A stretch of DNA of 64,000 nucleotides from Patescibacteria group bacterium (GCA_038063755.1 JBBTUL010000011.1:71040-135039), one strand, 5' to 3'; shown: positions 9,382-19,559, counted from the first letter of the stretch. The notes: generated from the letters alone by a model not told the origin. Made by a program: numbers and translations.

Positions 9382-11150
9382 GCGATTTCGCTATTGTAGC
9401 AAGATTCACAGTATACAATCTCCGGTCGATCAGGAGCGTATGAGGTCTCGAATTCATTTGGACAGGAATTCGTACCGTGTGGATGTGCAGCTGTGTTTTG
9501 ATAGACACCGCCCTGCGAAGCCGCTCCCACACAGACACACTTTCGATGCCAAAGTTTAAGTGGATTTCTCTGCTTGAGACGCTCGTAGTGACGACAATTT
9601 GGACAAAGGCGAGGGAGCGCCAGTTTTATTTTCCGGTAAAAAGCGAGCTCTTCGGGAATTATCCGGAAGGCCGTAGTGCACTGATCGTTACAGTCTCCTC
9701 CATGGAGGCATCCGATCGTTTCTTTAAGAACTGACTCATCTATATCCTTGATTTGATCTGGAAGATTTTCGGGTTCTTTTGTGATTGTGTATGACTTGGC
9801 GTCGAGGTCTCGCCAGCGGTAGCCCCTTTCAATAGCATCTTTCTTGGTTAACGGGAAATATTCTTGCGAGAGCGCTTCGTTGTACGCGAAAGGGGAGAGC
9901 TCAGGAGGAAAGAACTCACCATATTTATATACACGCCCGCGTGCATCCACATACGGCATAGCATTCATCTGCTCGATGATCTTGGGAACAAGCGCTTCAT
10001 ATTCTTCCTTTGTATATTGCCTGTTCAGAATGCAATATTGTTTACTGCGTAAACCTATGCAGCCAAAAAGATTGCTGGAAGAATGACACCAGTGGCAGTA
10101 TCTCATCTCACGAGCCGCGTCGGAGTCAGTACAGAAGGCAGTTTTGGACGTGCTCCAGCCGGTCACAACAGATTCATAATTTAATTCCTTTCCGGAACTC
10201 CCATAAATATCGTAGCTGTCCTTCAGATTAAATGCCCTCCCGACGAATTTCACGTTTTCAACTTCATGGACACCAAAACCAGATGTAACATTTTTTGAAT
10301 TCCAAATATTGTCTCCGGTACAGTCGGATGCCTTCGTTTGGTTGGAGAATTTATGGAGCGAACCGACGGCTATTTTGCGATATTCTTCTTCCATCTGTCT
10401 GAGAGTTTCATAGCTTCCCAGATTAATTTTTCCGACCTGAGCTTCGTAATCGGTTTTGGTAAGTTGTTTGTTCCTGAAAACATAACTTTTATTTCGTAGA
10501 CCAGAGCTCATAAAGCAGTTTTTGCAGTTTGCGCAATCGAAAAGAAAGCTTGATTCAACACAACCATGAGAATTATGTAGAAAAGCACTTCTGTAGTTGC
10601 CGCTTCCATCTATATTCTCGTAGCAAAGCTCTGACTTTTGGAGGTACAGCACATCAAAGCAATCCTTTAGGTCGGTGATATTGCTCGAATACGCAACGTT
10701 TTCGCTATCGACCGCCGAATAAGCCAAACAAATATTTTTCGTATTCCTCACAAAGTTTGAGAACTCAGCGTTTTCGTTTTGTGAATATTGCACGAGCGCC
10801 ACTTGGGGAACCTTGCTTTCCAATTGAAAGAATTGATCGAGGAACGGCTTGTTTTGGTCGTATTCTTGTTGGTAGGTTAGCGGGTCCCACCCATCCGATA
10901 GCCAGCACGATTTACAATAGATAGGAAATTTCGCGTCGGGAAGATGCATCGAAACTATCTCCTTGGCGCATAGATCGCACTTTCGCTTGCAGAGAGATCT
11001 TTCGTTTCGCCAAGTTAAGCGGCGAATTAGGCGGCACTCCGGACACCAGGTCGGCGGGGGAACGTTGATCTTTCTGTAGAAATCAAAATCTTCGGGTTCG
11101 ATCGTGAACTCTTTATGGCAGTTTTGACAATTTCGAGCTTCTTGATTCAT
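9378..11150 (-). CDS. cysteine-rich zinc-ribbon-flanked ~590-aa family protein, paralog A
   Basis: N-terminus CQNCHKEFTIEPEDFDFYRKINVPPPTWCPECR..RR..RNER. Central FDCANCKNCFMSSGLRNKSY.F.NKQ..K..YE and YCHWCHSSSNLFGCIGLRSKQYCILNRQYTKEEYE modules. C-terminus AFRIIPEELAFYRKIKLALPRLCPNCRH ... PEIVYCESCYN. 4-nt overlaps with both neighbours. Confidence 0.8.
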   Translation of the reverse strand: MNQEARNCQNCHKEFTIEPEDFDFYRKINVPPPTWCPECRLIRRLTWRNERSLCKRKCDLCAKEIVSMHLPDAKFPIYCKSCWLSDGWDPLTYQQEYDQNKPFLDQFFQLESKVPQVALVQYSQNENAEFSNFVRNTKNICLAYSAVDSENVAYSSNITDLKDCFDVLYLQKSELCYENIDGSGNYRSAFLHNSHGCVESSFLFDCANCKNCFMSSGLRNKSYVFRNKQLTKTDYEAQVGKINLGSYETLRQMEEEYRKIAVGSLHKFSNQTKASDCTGDNIWNSKNVTSGFGVHEVENVKFVGRAFNLKDSYDIYGSSGKELNYESVVTGWSTSKTAFCTDSDAAREMRYCHWCHSSSNLFGCIGLRSKQYCILNRQYTKEEYEALVPKIIEQMNAMPYVDARGRVYKYGEFFPPELSPFAYNEALSQEYFPLTKKDAIERGYRWRDLDAKSYTITKEPENLPDQIKDIDESVLKETIGCLHGGDCNDQCTTAFRIIPEELAFYRKIKLALPRLCPNCRHYERLKQRNPLKLWHRKCVCVGAASQGGVYQNTAAHPHGTNSCPNEFETSYAPDRPEIVYCESCYNSEIA

Positions 11151-11710
11151 TCGAGGGAGTCCAGTAGCTTGTTTGTTGCCTGAAAAGATCGCAACGCCTC
11201 CTGCTTGATTCCCGGCAAGCCGATATAGCCGAGTTTCTGTTTTGCCTTACGCCGAACTTGTCGAACGGCATCGGAAAGGGAGAGATCGCGCCCTCCAAGA
11301 TCGTGGAGATAAATAACCGCTCCTTGGACGGTAATAAACTTAAAGCACTCGGCGCTTTTCATAACCTCCGCAACCTTGCTCTCGGCCTTAACTTTCTCGT
11401 GATGAGCTCGTATAGCATTCAAGATGATCATCGTTTTTCGGGGATCCACTTTCCATCGTTTCAAATATTTCTCGGCAAGTCGGGCGCTTAGCTCTTCGTG
11501 GTTGCCCTGAATCCTCCCGTTGATTTTTTTGGAAAAAATTACATGCGCAAGATAGAGGGCAACAACGACTAATTCACGATCGACATTATATTTTTTCGCC
11601 AGTTCTTCGCCCTTGGCGACTGCCAGTTCCGTAAGTGCCCAGGTCGGAGCTCCATTTTCGATTGTCTTGCGGTGCATGAGAGCCCTGGATCGACGAATGA
11701 GTGTGGACAT
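11147..11710 (-). CDS. hypothetical protein (187 aa)
   Basis: ORF co-directional with paralog A and overlapping it by 4 nt. Helical and His-rich (IRAHHEK) but has no HD dipeptide, so no family assigned. Confidence 0.5.
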   Translation of the reverse strand: MSTLIRRSRALMHRKTIENGAPTWALTELAVAKGEELAKKYNVDRELVVVALYLAHVIFSKKINGRIQGNHEELSARLAEKYLKRWKVDPRKTMIILNAIRAHHEKVKAESKVAEVMKSAECFKFITVQGAVIYLHDLGGRDLSLSDAVRQVRRKAKQKLGYIGLPGIKQEALRSFQATNKLLDSLE

Positions 11711-11719
11711 GAAAAAATT

Positions 11720-12085
11720 TTATTTGTCCTTTTTTAAATCCAAACAGACCGAGTTAATGCAGTATCGTTTTCCAGTCGCGGTCGGACCATCGTCAAAAAC
11801 ATGTCCGAGGTGGGCACCGCAGAAACCGCACTTCACTTCGACGCGTTTCATACCGCCGCCCTCATCCGATTCATAGACGACGCTCGTGTCGGATATCGGT
11901 TTTTCGTAGCTTGGCCACCCGGTTCCAGGATCGAACTTGGCATCCGATGCAAAAAGGGGATTGTCGCACGCGGCACAGTGATATGTGCCGTCATCGTGCG
12001 AATTCCAATAGGTTCCGCTAAAAGGTGCCTCTGTTCCTTTTTCTTGCATGACGTGATGTTGTTCCGGGGTGAGCTCTTTCGGCAT
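11720..12085 (-). CDS. msrB: peptide-methionine (R)-S-oxide reductase
   Basis: CAACDNPLF ... CGFCGAHLGHVF ... RYCINSVCLDL is the MsrB zinc/catalytic signature. Confidence 0.9.
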   Translation of the reverse strand: MPKELTPEQHHVMQEKGTEAPFSGTYWNSHDDGTYHCAACDNPLFASDAKFDPGTGWPSYEKPISDTSVVYESDEGGGMKRVEVKCGFCGAHLGHVFDDGPTATGKRYCINSVCLDLKKDK

Positions 12086-12153
12086 CCTCTCATTTTATCG
12101 CAGTCCGTTGACCCCGTGAATAGGAAGGTCTAATGTCAAAGAAGTAATCGGCT

Positions 12154-12447
12154 TTGCCAAAAAATGGAGATCTTATGGAGGACGATCCTCGTGCGAGATT
12201 TCGCTATCTAGTTGAAGGCAGAAGAAGTCCATCAAAGGAAACTGAATACGAAGACTTTTCTTGGCTTATCAGAGCAAGCGGAGATAGGGAGGCTCAGTCT
12301 TGGGCGTTCATCGTGATGCGAAAATCTCTTATGCGCTATAAAGACTTGCGAATAGTGCGACTGAGCGAGCACGGGTGTACGGCAAGCCTCACCTTTAAGA
12401 GCGATAGGGTGTTCGATTTCAAATCCGAGAGCGAGAAAAGCATTTAA
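12154..12447 (+). CDS. hypothetical protein (97 aa)
   Basis: One of the few plus-strand ORFs. Followed by a strong terminator. Confidence 0.4.
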   Translation: MPKNGDLMEDDPRARFRYLVEGRRSPSKETEYEDFSWLIRASGDREAQSWAFIVMRKSLMRYKDLRIVRLSEHGCTASLTFKSDRVFDFKSESEKSI

Positions 12448-12478
12448 GGGGATAGACAAAGCACATCCTCTTCAAACC

Positions 12479-12524
12479 CCTACCTGTCGCACAATCATCA
12501 TTTTGCGACAGGTAGGGTCTTTTA
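12479..12524 (+). terminator. rho-independent terminator
   Basis: CCTACCTGTCGCA ... TGCGACAGGTAGG is a 13-bp stem, followed by GTCTTTT. Confidence 0.6.
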
Positions 12525-12947
12525 ATTAACCAACGCTCTTAAGAGATCGGCTAACTTGTCTATGGAAAATTGAAATATGCCGAGTATCGCCCTTATGACC
12601 CACATGAAGAGCCTCCAGAAGACCAAGATGAACTGATCAAAGCCTACTCCGGTGACACCTCTGAACCAGTTGTTGATTCCCCGAAGGACGCCCTCTTCTA
12701 TAATTGGCTGAGACAAGTCCTTCGCATTGGTTGAAGTACCCTTCACAGTGTCTTGAACGTCTTCTTTCGCACCACTAAAAAATCCAGAAAAAATGTTTCC
12801 TAAAACCCTCGCTACGTCTTGTGATGCGTTGGATTCGAGATCCGGAAGCGCAGGGTCTGTTTTAGACGAAGTTGCGACTCCTGTCGCAAACGCTGTCGTT
12901 CCAAGAACAAGACTAAAAACAACAGTCCAGAAAAAGATCCTTCTCAT
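12522..12947 (-). CDS. hypothetical secreted/membrane protein (141 aa)
   Basis: N-terminal signal-like helix, Ser/Thr-rich middle region, C-terminal amphipathic/hydrophobic segment. Confidence 0.45.
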   Translation of the reverse strand: MRRIFFWTVVFSLVLGTTAFATGVATSSKTDPALPDLESNASQDVARVLGNIFSGFFSGAKEDVQDTVKGTSTNAKDLSQPIIEEGVLRGINNWFRGVTGVGFDQFILVFWRLFMWVIRAILGIFQFSIDKLADLLRALVN

Positions 12948-12978
12948 TCCTTACATTATAACACATTTCTATAAAAGA

Positions 12979-14241
12979 TCAAAGATAATCCTCGGGATCA
13001 ATAACAACGCCAACCGGAATAAGACCAACGCTTGGTGGAACCGACTTCATGGTGATACTTGGACTCCAGTAAAGACCCAGGTGAAGATGCGGTCCGGTTG
13101 AGTAACCCGTGTTTCCGGAGTATCCGATAATTTGTCCGCGCCTCACTCGATCCCCTTCTCTCACAATTTGTCGAGAAAGGTGACCATAAAGCGTTGCAAG
13201 ATTGTTGTCGTGTTTCAGAAGTACATATTTTCCGTACTGATATTTCTTCAGTCTGCTCTTGTCATTGTCATCAACAGCAAAAACTACTCCGTCCTCTGCA
13301 GCAATGATAGGCGTTCCAACCGGAACGCCTATATCAAGACCGTTGTGTGGCTTTCCACGGTAGAGACTAGATATCGTTCCGAAGTGCTGAGTAATCTTTT
13401 TTTGTCCGCCAATGACTGGCCACTCGAAAACGCCCAGACGTTTCGCCGGAAGAAGGTTCGGATTGAATGATTCGCGGAGCTTTTTTTCAAATTCAGCGAT
13501 TTCGTCAGAGATTGAATCCTGCTGTCCTCGCAGTTCCTGTAGCTGTTTTTCATACACTCCTTCTTTGTTTTTTGTGACGGTAAGAATTGATTCACGCTCA
13601 GCTTTCTTGTCCTCAACAATGAGTTTTCTGTTTTTTAGGTTTTCCTGTCGAACGAGCACCTCGCTTCGTTTTTCCTCAACGTTATTGAGCTTTGATTCGT
13701 ATCCTTCGGATAGAACGCGAAGCTCGGCGATGTCGATCGTAAGCTGCGACCGAATCGTTCCAAGATTTTGTGCCTCGGTAAGGGTTTCGGTAAGCTTCGC
13801 ATTCTGCAGCAGAATCATGAGAAGATTATTTTGATCGTTTCTCTGAAGTTCTCTCATAAGATCGCCGATCGCCTCTTTTTTGTCGGCCACGGAGTCTTCG
13901 ATGTCACGAATGTCGTATTGGAGACCGTCAATCTCAAAACCAAGCTTTTGGCTCGTCACATCGTCAGACTGAATGTTTAGGTTTAACTGCTTCACCGAAT
14001 AGTCGAGGGACTTTAGCTCTTTGGTGAGCGAGCTCTTTTGTCCTTGAATTTCTTTCAGAGTGTTCTGCGTCGTTTCGAGTTCCTTATTGATTGACTCGAG
14101 CCTTTGTGTCCGCGCCTGAATCTCTCGCTCAAGCTCTTCGGGGGTCGAGGTGGTGGCGGCAAGCGCTAAAAAATCTGCCGGAAATGAAATAGTTAAGAAA
14201 AGCGCTAAACTGCAGGAAATGTTTAAGATATAGTTTTTCAT
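12979..14241 (-). CDS. M23 family metallopeptidase with N-terminal coiled coil (EnvC-like murein hydrolase/activator)
   Basis: Signal peptide MKNYILNISCSLALFL, a long coiled coil, then HNGLDIG ... GNTGYSTGPHLHLGLY (the LytM H-x-x-x-D / HxH motifs). Start set at the internal Met (ATG at 14239-14241) preceding the signal peptide. Confidence 0.8.
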   Translation of the reverse strand: MKNYILNISCSLALFLTISFPADFLALAATTSTPEELEREIQARTQRLESINKELETTQNTLKEIQGQKSSLTKELKSLDYSVKQLNLNIQSDDVTSQKLGFEIDGLQYDIRDIEDSVADKKEAIGDLMRELQRNDQNNLLMILLQNAKLTETLTEAQNLGTIRSQLTIDIAELRVLSEGYESKLNNVEEKRSEVLVRQENLKNRKLIVEDKKAERESILTVTKNKEGVYEKQLQELRGQQDSISDEIAEFEKKLRESFNPNLLPAKRLGVFEWPVIGGQKKITQHFGTISSLYRGKPHNGLDIGVPVGTPIIAAEDGVVFAVDDNDKSRLKKYQYGKYVLLKHDNNLATLYGHLSRQIVREGDRVRRGQIIGYSGNTGYSTGPHLHLGLYWSPSITMKSVPPSVGLIPVGVVIDPEDYL

Positions 14242-14249
14242 AATGAACG

Positions 14250-15701
14250 CTAAAGGAGGCGTTGTTCTCCTGAAATCTTCTTTTTGGCGAGAGAGATACG
14301 CTCGAGAGACTCCTCTTTTCCAAGAATTCTCAGAATGTCGAATGGGTCGGGAGAAGCCTTTTTCCCTGAAAGCGCGACACGAACCGGCCACAGAACACTC
14401 CCCTTGCCGTTTTTTTTCATGATCGAATCAAGCATTCGCTCCATCTCTTCTCTGTCGAGGTTTTCTGCTTTTTTTATTGCTTCAGCAACTTCGTGCAGTG
14501 CTTCGATGGTTTTTTCCTCTCCGTCGTTATTCCATCGAAGAAGGTCTACACTATACGCCGGCAACGAAAAAAAGAAATCCGAAAGATCAAAGAAATCGCT
14601 TATTGTTCTCATCCGCTCTTTTTGAATCTCAATTATTTCCAAAAGAAATTCCTCGGATCGTACGCTGATCCCTCGTGCCTTGAGGAGCGGCGTAATCATA
14701 CTTTTAATCTCCTCCGCCTCCATAAGTTTTAAGTGCTCCTTGTTGAGCCACAAAAGCTTTTCTTCGTTAAAAATTGCTCCTGCCTTCTGTACCCGAGAAA
14801 GCGAAAATTCCGCGAGCAATCCGTCGAGGGTAAAAACTTCTTCGTTTCCCTTTGGGTGCCAACCAAGAAGCGCAAGAAAATTTACGATTGCGGCTGGGAA
14901 AAAACCTTGCTCTCTATATTTCAGAAGCGATGTTTCAGCGTAGCGTTTGGACATTTTGCTTCGATCGTGGTTTAGAAGAAGCGGTAGATGTGCGAACTCT
15001 GGTTCTTGAAATCCTAGCGCCTTAGCAAGTAAAATTTGTTTCGGCGTATTCGAAATATGATCTTCTCCTCGAATTACATGCGAGATATTCATGAGTTCAT
15101 CGTCCACAACGGCGGTAAAATTATAGAGTGGATGTTCCAGGTCTTTTGCGATAACAATGTCCCCGAAAAGAGATGCGTCGAATGTGACTGTCCCACGAAC
15201 AATGTCTTTAAATGTAATCTTTGCTTCGGGAGATTTAAAACGGATCACTTGACGCTCGCGCCCCTCCGGAGCCTCGGCAAAACTTCTGCAGTGACCGCTG
15301 TACTTCGGCGCGAACCCCTGCGAGGTCATCGCTTCTTTCTGCGCCTCAAGCTCCTCAGGAGTGCAATAGCAGTAGTAGGCCTTTTTTTCGCTGAGAAGAT
15401 TTTCTAGGTGTTGCTTATAAATATGGACCCGCTCGCTTTGTCGATACGGTCCATAATCTCCGCCGACTTCCGGACCTTCGTCCCAGTTAAGTCCAAGCCA
15501 TCTTAGAGATTCCAAAATTTCGTCCTCGAATTCTTTCTTCGACCGTACTTCGTCGGTGTCTTCGATTCTCAGAATAAACGTTCCTCTTCCCTGGCGTGCA
15601 AAAAGCCAGTTAAACAAGGCGGCTCTTGCTCCCCCAACGTGAAAATGCCCCGTCGGACTTGGAGCAAATCGCACTCTTATAGGCCGAATGCTTTCTTTCA
15701 T
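14250..15701 (-). CDS. gltX: glutamyl-tRNA synthetase
   Basis: RFAPSPTGHFHVGGARAALFNW (HIGH motif) and KMSKR. Confidence 0.9.
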   Translation of the reverse strand: MKESIRPIRVRFAPSPTGHFHVGGARAALFNWLFARQGRGTFILRIEDTDEVRSKKEFEDEILESLRWLGLNWDEGPEVGGDYGPYRQSERVHIYKQHLENLLSEKKAYYCYCTPEELEAQKEAMTSQGFAPKYSGHCRSFAEAPEGRERQVIRFKSPEAKITFKDIVRGTVTFDASLFGDIVIAKDLEHPLYNFTAVVDDELMNISHVIRGEDHISNTPKQILLAKALGFQEPEFAHLPLLLNHDRSKMSKRYAETSLLKYREQGFFPAAIVNFLALLGWHPKGNEEVFTLDGLLAEFSLSRVQKAGAIFNEEKLLWLNKEHLKLMEAEEIKSMITPLLKARGISVRSEEFLLEIIEIQKERMRTISDFFDLSDFFFSLPAYSVDLLRWNNDGEEKTIEALHEVAEAIKKAENLDREEMERMLDSIMKKNGKGSVLWPVRVALSGKKASPDPFDILRILGKEESLERISLAKKKISGEQRLL

Positions 15702-15747
15702 CGGTCTTTATTTTACCACTAAACATGGGCTTGTTTAAAGCCGAAAG

Positions 15748-16890
15748 CTAGACGAGCTGCAATATCTGCTTTGCGATTTCCTCTGCGGCTCGAGGCTTTG
15801 CAAATTGAAGGGCCGATCGAGACATATTGTCTCTTACGGTCGGATTTGAAAGTATTTTCTTTAGCTCGTGCACAAAAGTTTGTGCATTTAGATTTTCTTC
15901 CTCTATTACAATCGCTCCGCCTCCTCCGGCAAAAATGTACGCGTTAGATCGTTGATGATCCTTTGCCGATTCATCAAGAGGAACCAGGACGGAAGGTGTT
16001 CCGAATGGTGCAATCTCGAATAGTGTTCCGCTGCCGGAACGGGCGAGCACAACATCAGCCGCTGATAGGGCTTCGGTAAGTTTTTTCTCTTCAAAGTATG
16101 GCACCAGGGAGTAGCGATGTTCGACTTCGGTCTTCACCGGAAGATCAATAAGAACAGCTTCTGAAAGTTTTTTTGTATCCAAAAAATCCCCGGTTCCTGC
16201 TTGGTGTAAAATCTGCGTCTCGGTGAGGAATTCTTTTAGATTAAGAGCTACGAATCGATTTATGCGCTGAGCTCCTTGCGACCCACCGAGAACAAGAAGA
16301 ACCGGCTCTCCGGGGTTAAAGCCGAGGCTTTCTTTCGCCGCTTCCTGGGTAATCCTCTTCTCCTGGAAACTCCTCCGAACGGGATTTCCTAAAATTAAAA
16401 CTTTTCTCGAGTCGAAGTATTGACGGGCTGCTTCAAAGCTTAAGATGATTTTCTTTGCGAATCGTGCCGTAAGTAGCGTCGTAAGGCCTGGGACGGAGTC
16501 GGACTCATGTATGACAATCGGAATTCGATAAAACCAGCCGCACAAAACCACCGGCAGGGCTCCGGGACCGCCCTTTGAAAAAATCACGTCGGGCATTAAG
16601 AGAAACATTTTCCACCAGGCTTGTATGAGGCCGACGAAAAACTTCGGAATATCGATAAAATTTTGCAGGGAAAAATACCGGCGGAGTTTCCCGGTGAGGA
16701 TCGGGTGTATGGCAACAGGAACGCGTGCGAACTCTCTTGAATACTGATCGAGCGAGCCGAACCAGTGCATCGTGATTTTCCCCGGCAACTGCCCGCGCGT
16801 ATCCTGTAGTATCTCTGCAACAGCGACAAGAGGATTTATATGTCCCCCGCTTCCTCCGCCACAGAAAAGAATTCGAATTTCTGATTCCAT
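15748..16890 (-). CDS. murG: undecaprenyldiphospho-muramoylpentapeptide beta-N-acetylglucosaminyltransferase
   Basis: ILFCGGGSGGHINPLVAVAEIL is the MurG N-terminal motif, with a GT-B C-domain. Confidence 0.9.
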   Translation of the reverse strand: MESEIRILFCGGGSGGHINPLVAVAEILQDTRGQLPGKITMHWFGSLDQYSREFARVPVAIHPILTGKLRRYFSLQNFIDIPKFFVGLIQAWWKMFLLMPDVIFSKGGPGALPVVLCGWFYRIPIVIHESDSVPGLTTLLTARFAKKIILSFEAARQYFDSRKVLILGNPVRRSFQEKRITQEAAKESLGFNPGEPVLLVLGGSQGAQRINRFVALNLKEFLTETQILHQAGTGDFLDTKKLSEAVLIDLPVKTEVEHRYSLVPYFEEKKLTEALSAADVVLARSGSGTLFEIAPFGTPSVLVPLDESAKDHQRSNAYIFAGGGGAIVIEEENLNAQTFVHELKKILSNPTVRDNMSRSALQFAKPRAAEEIAKQILQLV

Positions 16891-16896
16891 AATATA

Positions 16897-18009
16897 TTAG
16901 GTGTACTTAGAAATATTAGCGGCGATACCGCTCATGGTCAAAAAAACGGCAAGGGCAGTCCCCCCGTAGCTTACAAATGGCAACGGAACTCCCGTAAGCG
17001 GTAAAAGTCCTGAAATTGATCCGATATGAACAATGGACTGTAGGGCAATAATAAGTCCGAAACCAGCCAAAATGAGCTTCCCGAAGCGATCCCTCGCCCG
17101 TGAAGCTATCCAGAAGAAGCGAAAAACTAAAATCGCGAATATGACAACAACCACGCTTGTTCCGAGAAAGCCAAGTTCTTGTCCCAAAACGGCGAAAATA
17201 GAGTCGTCGATGACTGCGGGAAGACTACTGGCTTTGGCCGTCGACTGTCCATATCCGACTCCCGTGACCCCTCCGGAACCGATTGCAATGAGCGCTTGAT
17301 TCAAGTGGTAGTTTGCTCCAAGAGAGTCACCACTTTGATCGAAAAAACTCATTACTCGCTTCATTCGGTACGGAGTTGCAAAAATAAGCATCGTAAGAGC
17401 CAGTAAGCCGAGTCCCGCGATTGAAAATATGTATTTCCATTTAGCACCGCTTAAAAAATAGACACCCAAACCGGCAGTAAGCAGGATTGCGACCGTACTC
17501 GTCGCCGGCTGCAAAACCAAAAGTCCTCCGATAATTCCCGAAATAATGAGAAAAGGGAACAGGCCTTCGCTCATTGTTTCTGAACGACTCACTTTGGTAT
17601 TCGAAAGCCAAGCTGCAAGATACAAAATAAAGGAAAGTTTTAGTAGCTCTGCCGGCTGAAACGTAATTGGCCCCATCTCAAGCCAACGGCTTGCTCCTCC
17701 AGAAGTAATTCCGAAACTAGTAAATACCAACGAAAGCAAGCCGACGTTAACAAGCAGGAATGGTAGTGCAATCTTTTGATAAAACTGATATCGGATAAAG
17801 TAAGCCGCAAGAAATCCGAGCAGACCAAGCGAAAGACCGAAATACATCTGATGCTTTAAATAATAGTAACTATCTCCGAACTTAATTTCTCCGATATTCG
17901 AAGAAGCGCTCGATAGTACGATAAGTCCTCCGAGCGTAAGAATGAAAACCGAAGCAAGAAGGAGGTAGTCGGGATGATGTCCCCTCTTTGAAAAAAACCG
18001 CTCTTTCAT
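16897..18009 (-). CDS. ftsW: SEDS-family peptidoglycan glycosyltransferase (FtsW/RodA)
   Basis: Ten TM helices and the LPLTGVPLPFVSYGGTA signature. Sits immediately upstream of murG, as in dcw clusters. Confidence 0.8.
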   Translation of the reverse strand: MKERFFSKRGHHPDYLLLASVFILTLGGLIVLSSASSNIGEIKFGDSYYYLKHQMYFGLSLGLLGFLAAYFIRYQFYQKIALPFLLVNVGLLSLVFTSFGITSGGASRWLEMGPITFQPAELLKLSFILYLAAWLSNTKVSRSETMSEGLFPFLIISGIIGGLLVLQPATSTVAILLTAGLGVYFLSGAKWKYIFSIAGLGLLALTMLIFATPYRMKRVMSFFDQSGDSLGANYHLNQALIAIGSGGVTGVGYGQSTAKASSLPAVIDDSIFAVLGQELGFLGTSVVVVIFAILVFRFFWIASRARDRFGKLILAGFGLIIALQSIVHIGSISGLLPLTGVPLPFVSYGGTALAVFLTMSGIAANISKYT

Positions 18010-19511
18010 TGTCGATGCTTTTTTACCGTTTCACCGGCCCGAATCCCGGTTATCTCTCCATTACGAACAACGACTTGTCCGCCGAGAATGACGAACCGAA
18101 CAAGACCATCTTTGAAAACCGCGCAGTCGGCGAAATTTCCTTCCTTGAGCATTCCTCTTTTTTTAAGTCCGAGCTTCTTTGCAGGGGCAAGTGTGATTTT
18201 TTCCACTGCCCTTTCGATGGATAGCGACTTGTCCTCGAGAAAAAGCCTGAGGAATTCAGGGAATGTTTTCGTCGACCGATCTGAGTGTGTAAAGCTCGTA
18301 TCCTTTCCGAAATTAGGAGCATGCGATGAGACAAGCGATCGATCATGCGAAAGCGCCTTCTTCAGTAGGTCTCCGTTGATATTTTTAATATGAATCACGG
18401 CTCGTAAATCAGTACACGCCATAAGGTGCAACAAAGCACCTCCTACGTCGTCTATCTCGTACATTTCTTGAACATCCTTCAATGTCTTGCCAGACAAAGA
18501 TTCATTTCCTGGGGCGTAGGCAATCTGAATATCAAGACTGTTAACCACTGGAAACTCCTTGATGATCCTCGGAATCATCCATGGATCCCGGATGGCTTTT
18601 TTTATCTCTAGAATTCCTTGGTTTCGCATCCAAAACGGAAGGAGACGATGAATCGGAACGGTACTTACCGGAAATGGATAAACATCAAAATGGACGTTTC
18701 GTTCTTTAGGAAGAGCGTCAAGCTTATCGAGAATTCGAAGATATTGCTCCTCGAATCCCTTAACTGGAACAAGGTGCGAAATGAGCATGTTCACTTGAGA
18801 TTCCTTTGAAAGTTTCAACGCCTCGTCAACGGATTTTTCGACATCACAGTCGACGCTACGTAAATGAATCGAGTACAGTAGGTTCTCCGCGCGAACCGTA
18901 CTCGCAAGAGATAACAGTTCCTTGTACGGTGTATTCCGAGCATGAATATACTCAAGTCCCGTAGAAAGCCCAAACGAACCATCCCGAAATGATTGACGAA
19001 GGATTTTTTCGAATAGTTGTGTTTCGTGCGCCGTAAGATCCCGAAGTTCTTCCCCGATAATCCCCCGTCGTATCGTGCTGTGCCCCGTAAGCGTTGCGAA
19101 ATTCACTCCCAGTCTCAACTTCTGAACATGCGAAAGAAATTCTTTTACGGTATGCCAATCGATGTTCATCTTCGACACATCCGCCCATTTTTGTATCGAT
19201 TCGAGCGAGCCATACAAAAGAGGCGCAAGAGATGATCCGCATTGCCCCCCGATCATCGTTGTAACTCCCTGCCGCAAAAAATCCCATTGCTCAGGATTCT
19301 CAAATAGCGAAAGATAGTGATCCGAGGTTGTTCCAATATCGATAAATCCAGGAGAAACGTAGCCCCCCTGACCATCGATGGTCTCCTCAGCTGCCTTTTC
19401 TGGAAATGACCCGATTGCCGAAATTTTGTTTCCAGATATAAAAATGTCTTTTTGGCTTGGCCGAGAGGCATCCCCAGCCAAAACAGTAACGTTTTTAATG
19501 AGAACCGACAT
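18006..19511 (-). CDS. amidohydrolase-superfamily protein (D-aminoacylase-like)
   Basis: MSVLIKNVTVLAGD ... YVSPGFIDIGTTSDHY N-terminal beta-sandwich/TIM pattern of N-acyl-D-amino-acid deacylases. Start set at the internal Met (ATG at 19509-19511); the ORF is open up to 19532. Confidence 0.6.
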   Translation of the reverse strand: MSVLIKNVTVLAGDASRPSQKDIFISGNKISAIGSFPEKAAEETIDGQGGYVSPGFIDIGTTSDHYLSLFENPEQWDFLRQGVTTMIGGQCGSSLAPLLYGSLESIQKWADVSKMNIDWHTVKEFLSHVQKLRLGVNFATLTGHSTIRRGIIGEELRDLTAHETQLFEKILRQSFRDGSFGLSTGLEYIHARNTPYKELLSLASTVRAENLLYSIHLRSVDCDVEKSVDEALKLSKESQVNMLISHLVPVKGFEEQYLRILDKLDALPKERNVHFDVYPFPVSTVPIHRLLPFWMRNQGILEIKKAIRDPWMIPRIIKEFPVVNSLDIQIAYAPGNESLSGKTLKDVQEMYEIDDVGGALLHLMACTDLRAVIHIKNINGDLLKKALSHDRSLVSSHAPNFGKDTSFTHSDRSTKTFPEFLRLFLEDKSLSIERAVEKITLAPAKKLGLKKRGMLKEGNFADCAVFKDGLVRFVILGGQVVVRNGEITGIRAGETVKKHRQ

Positions 19512-19559
19512 TGTTCCTTTATTATATCTCATCCGGAAACATTCCGTTGTGCCAAGATG

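Noticed and set aside
11147-11710. HD-domain phosphohydrolase assignment for the 187-aa protein upstream of paralog A
   Set aside because: His-rich helices are present, but there is no H...HD...D motif set, so it is left as hypothetical.
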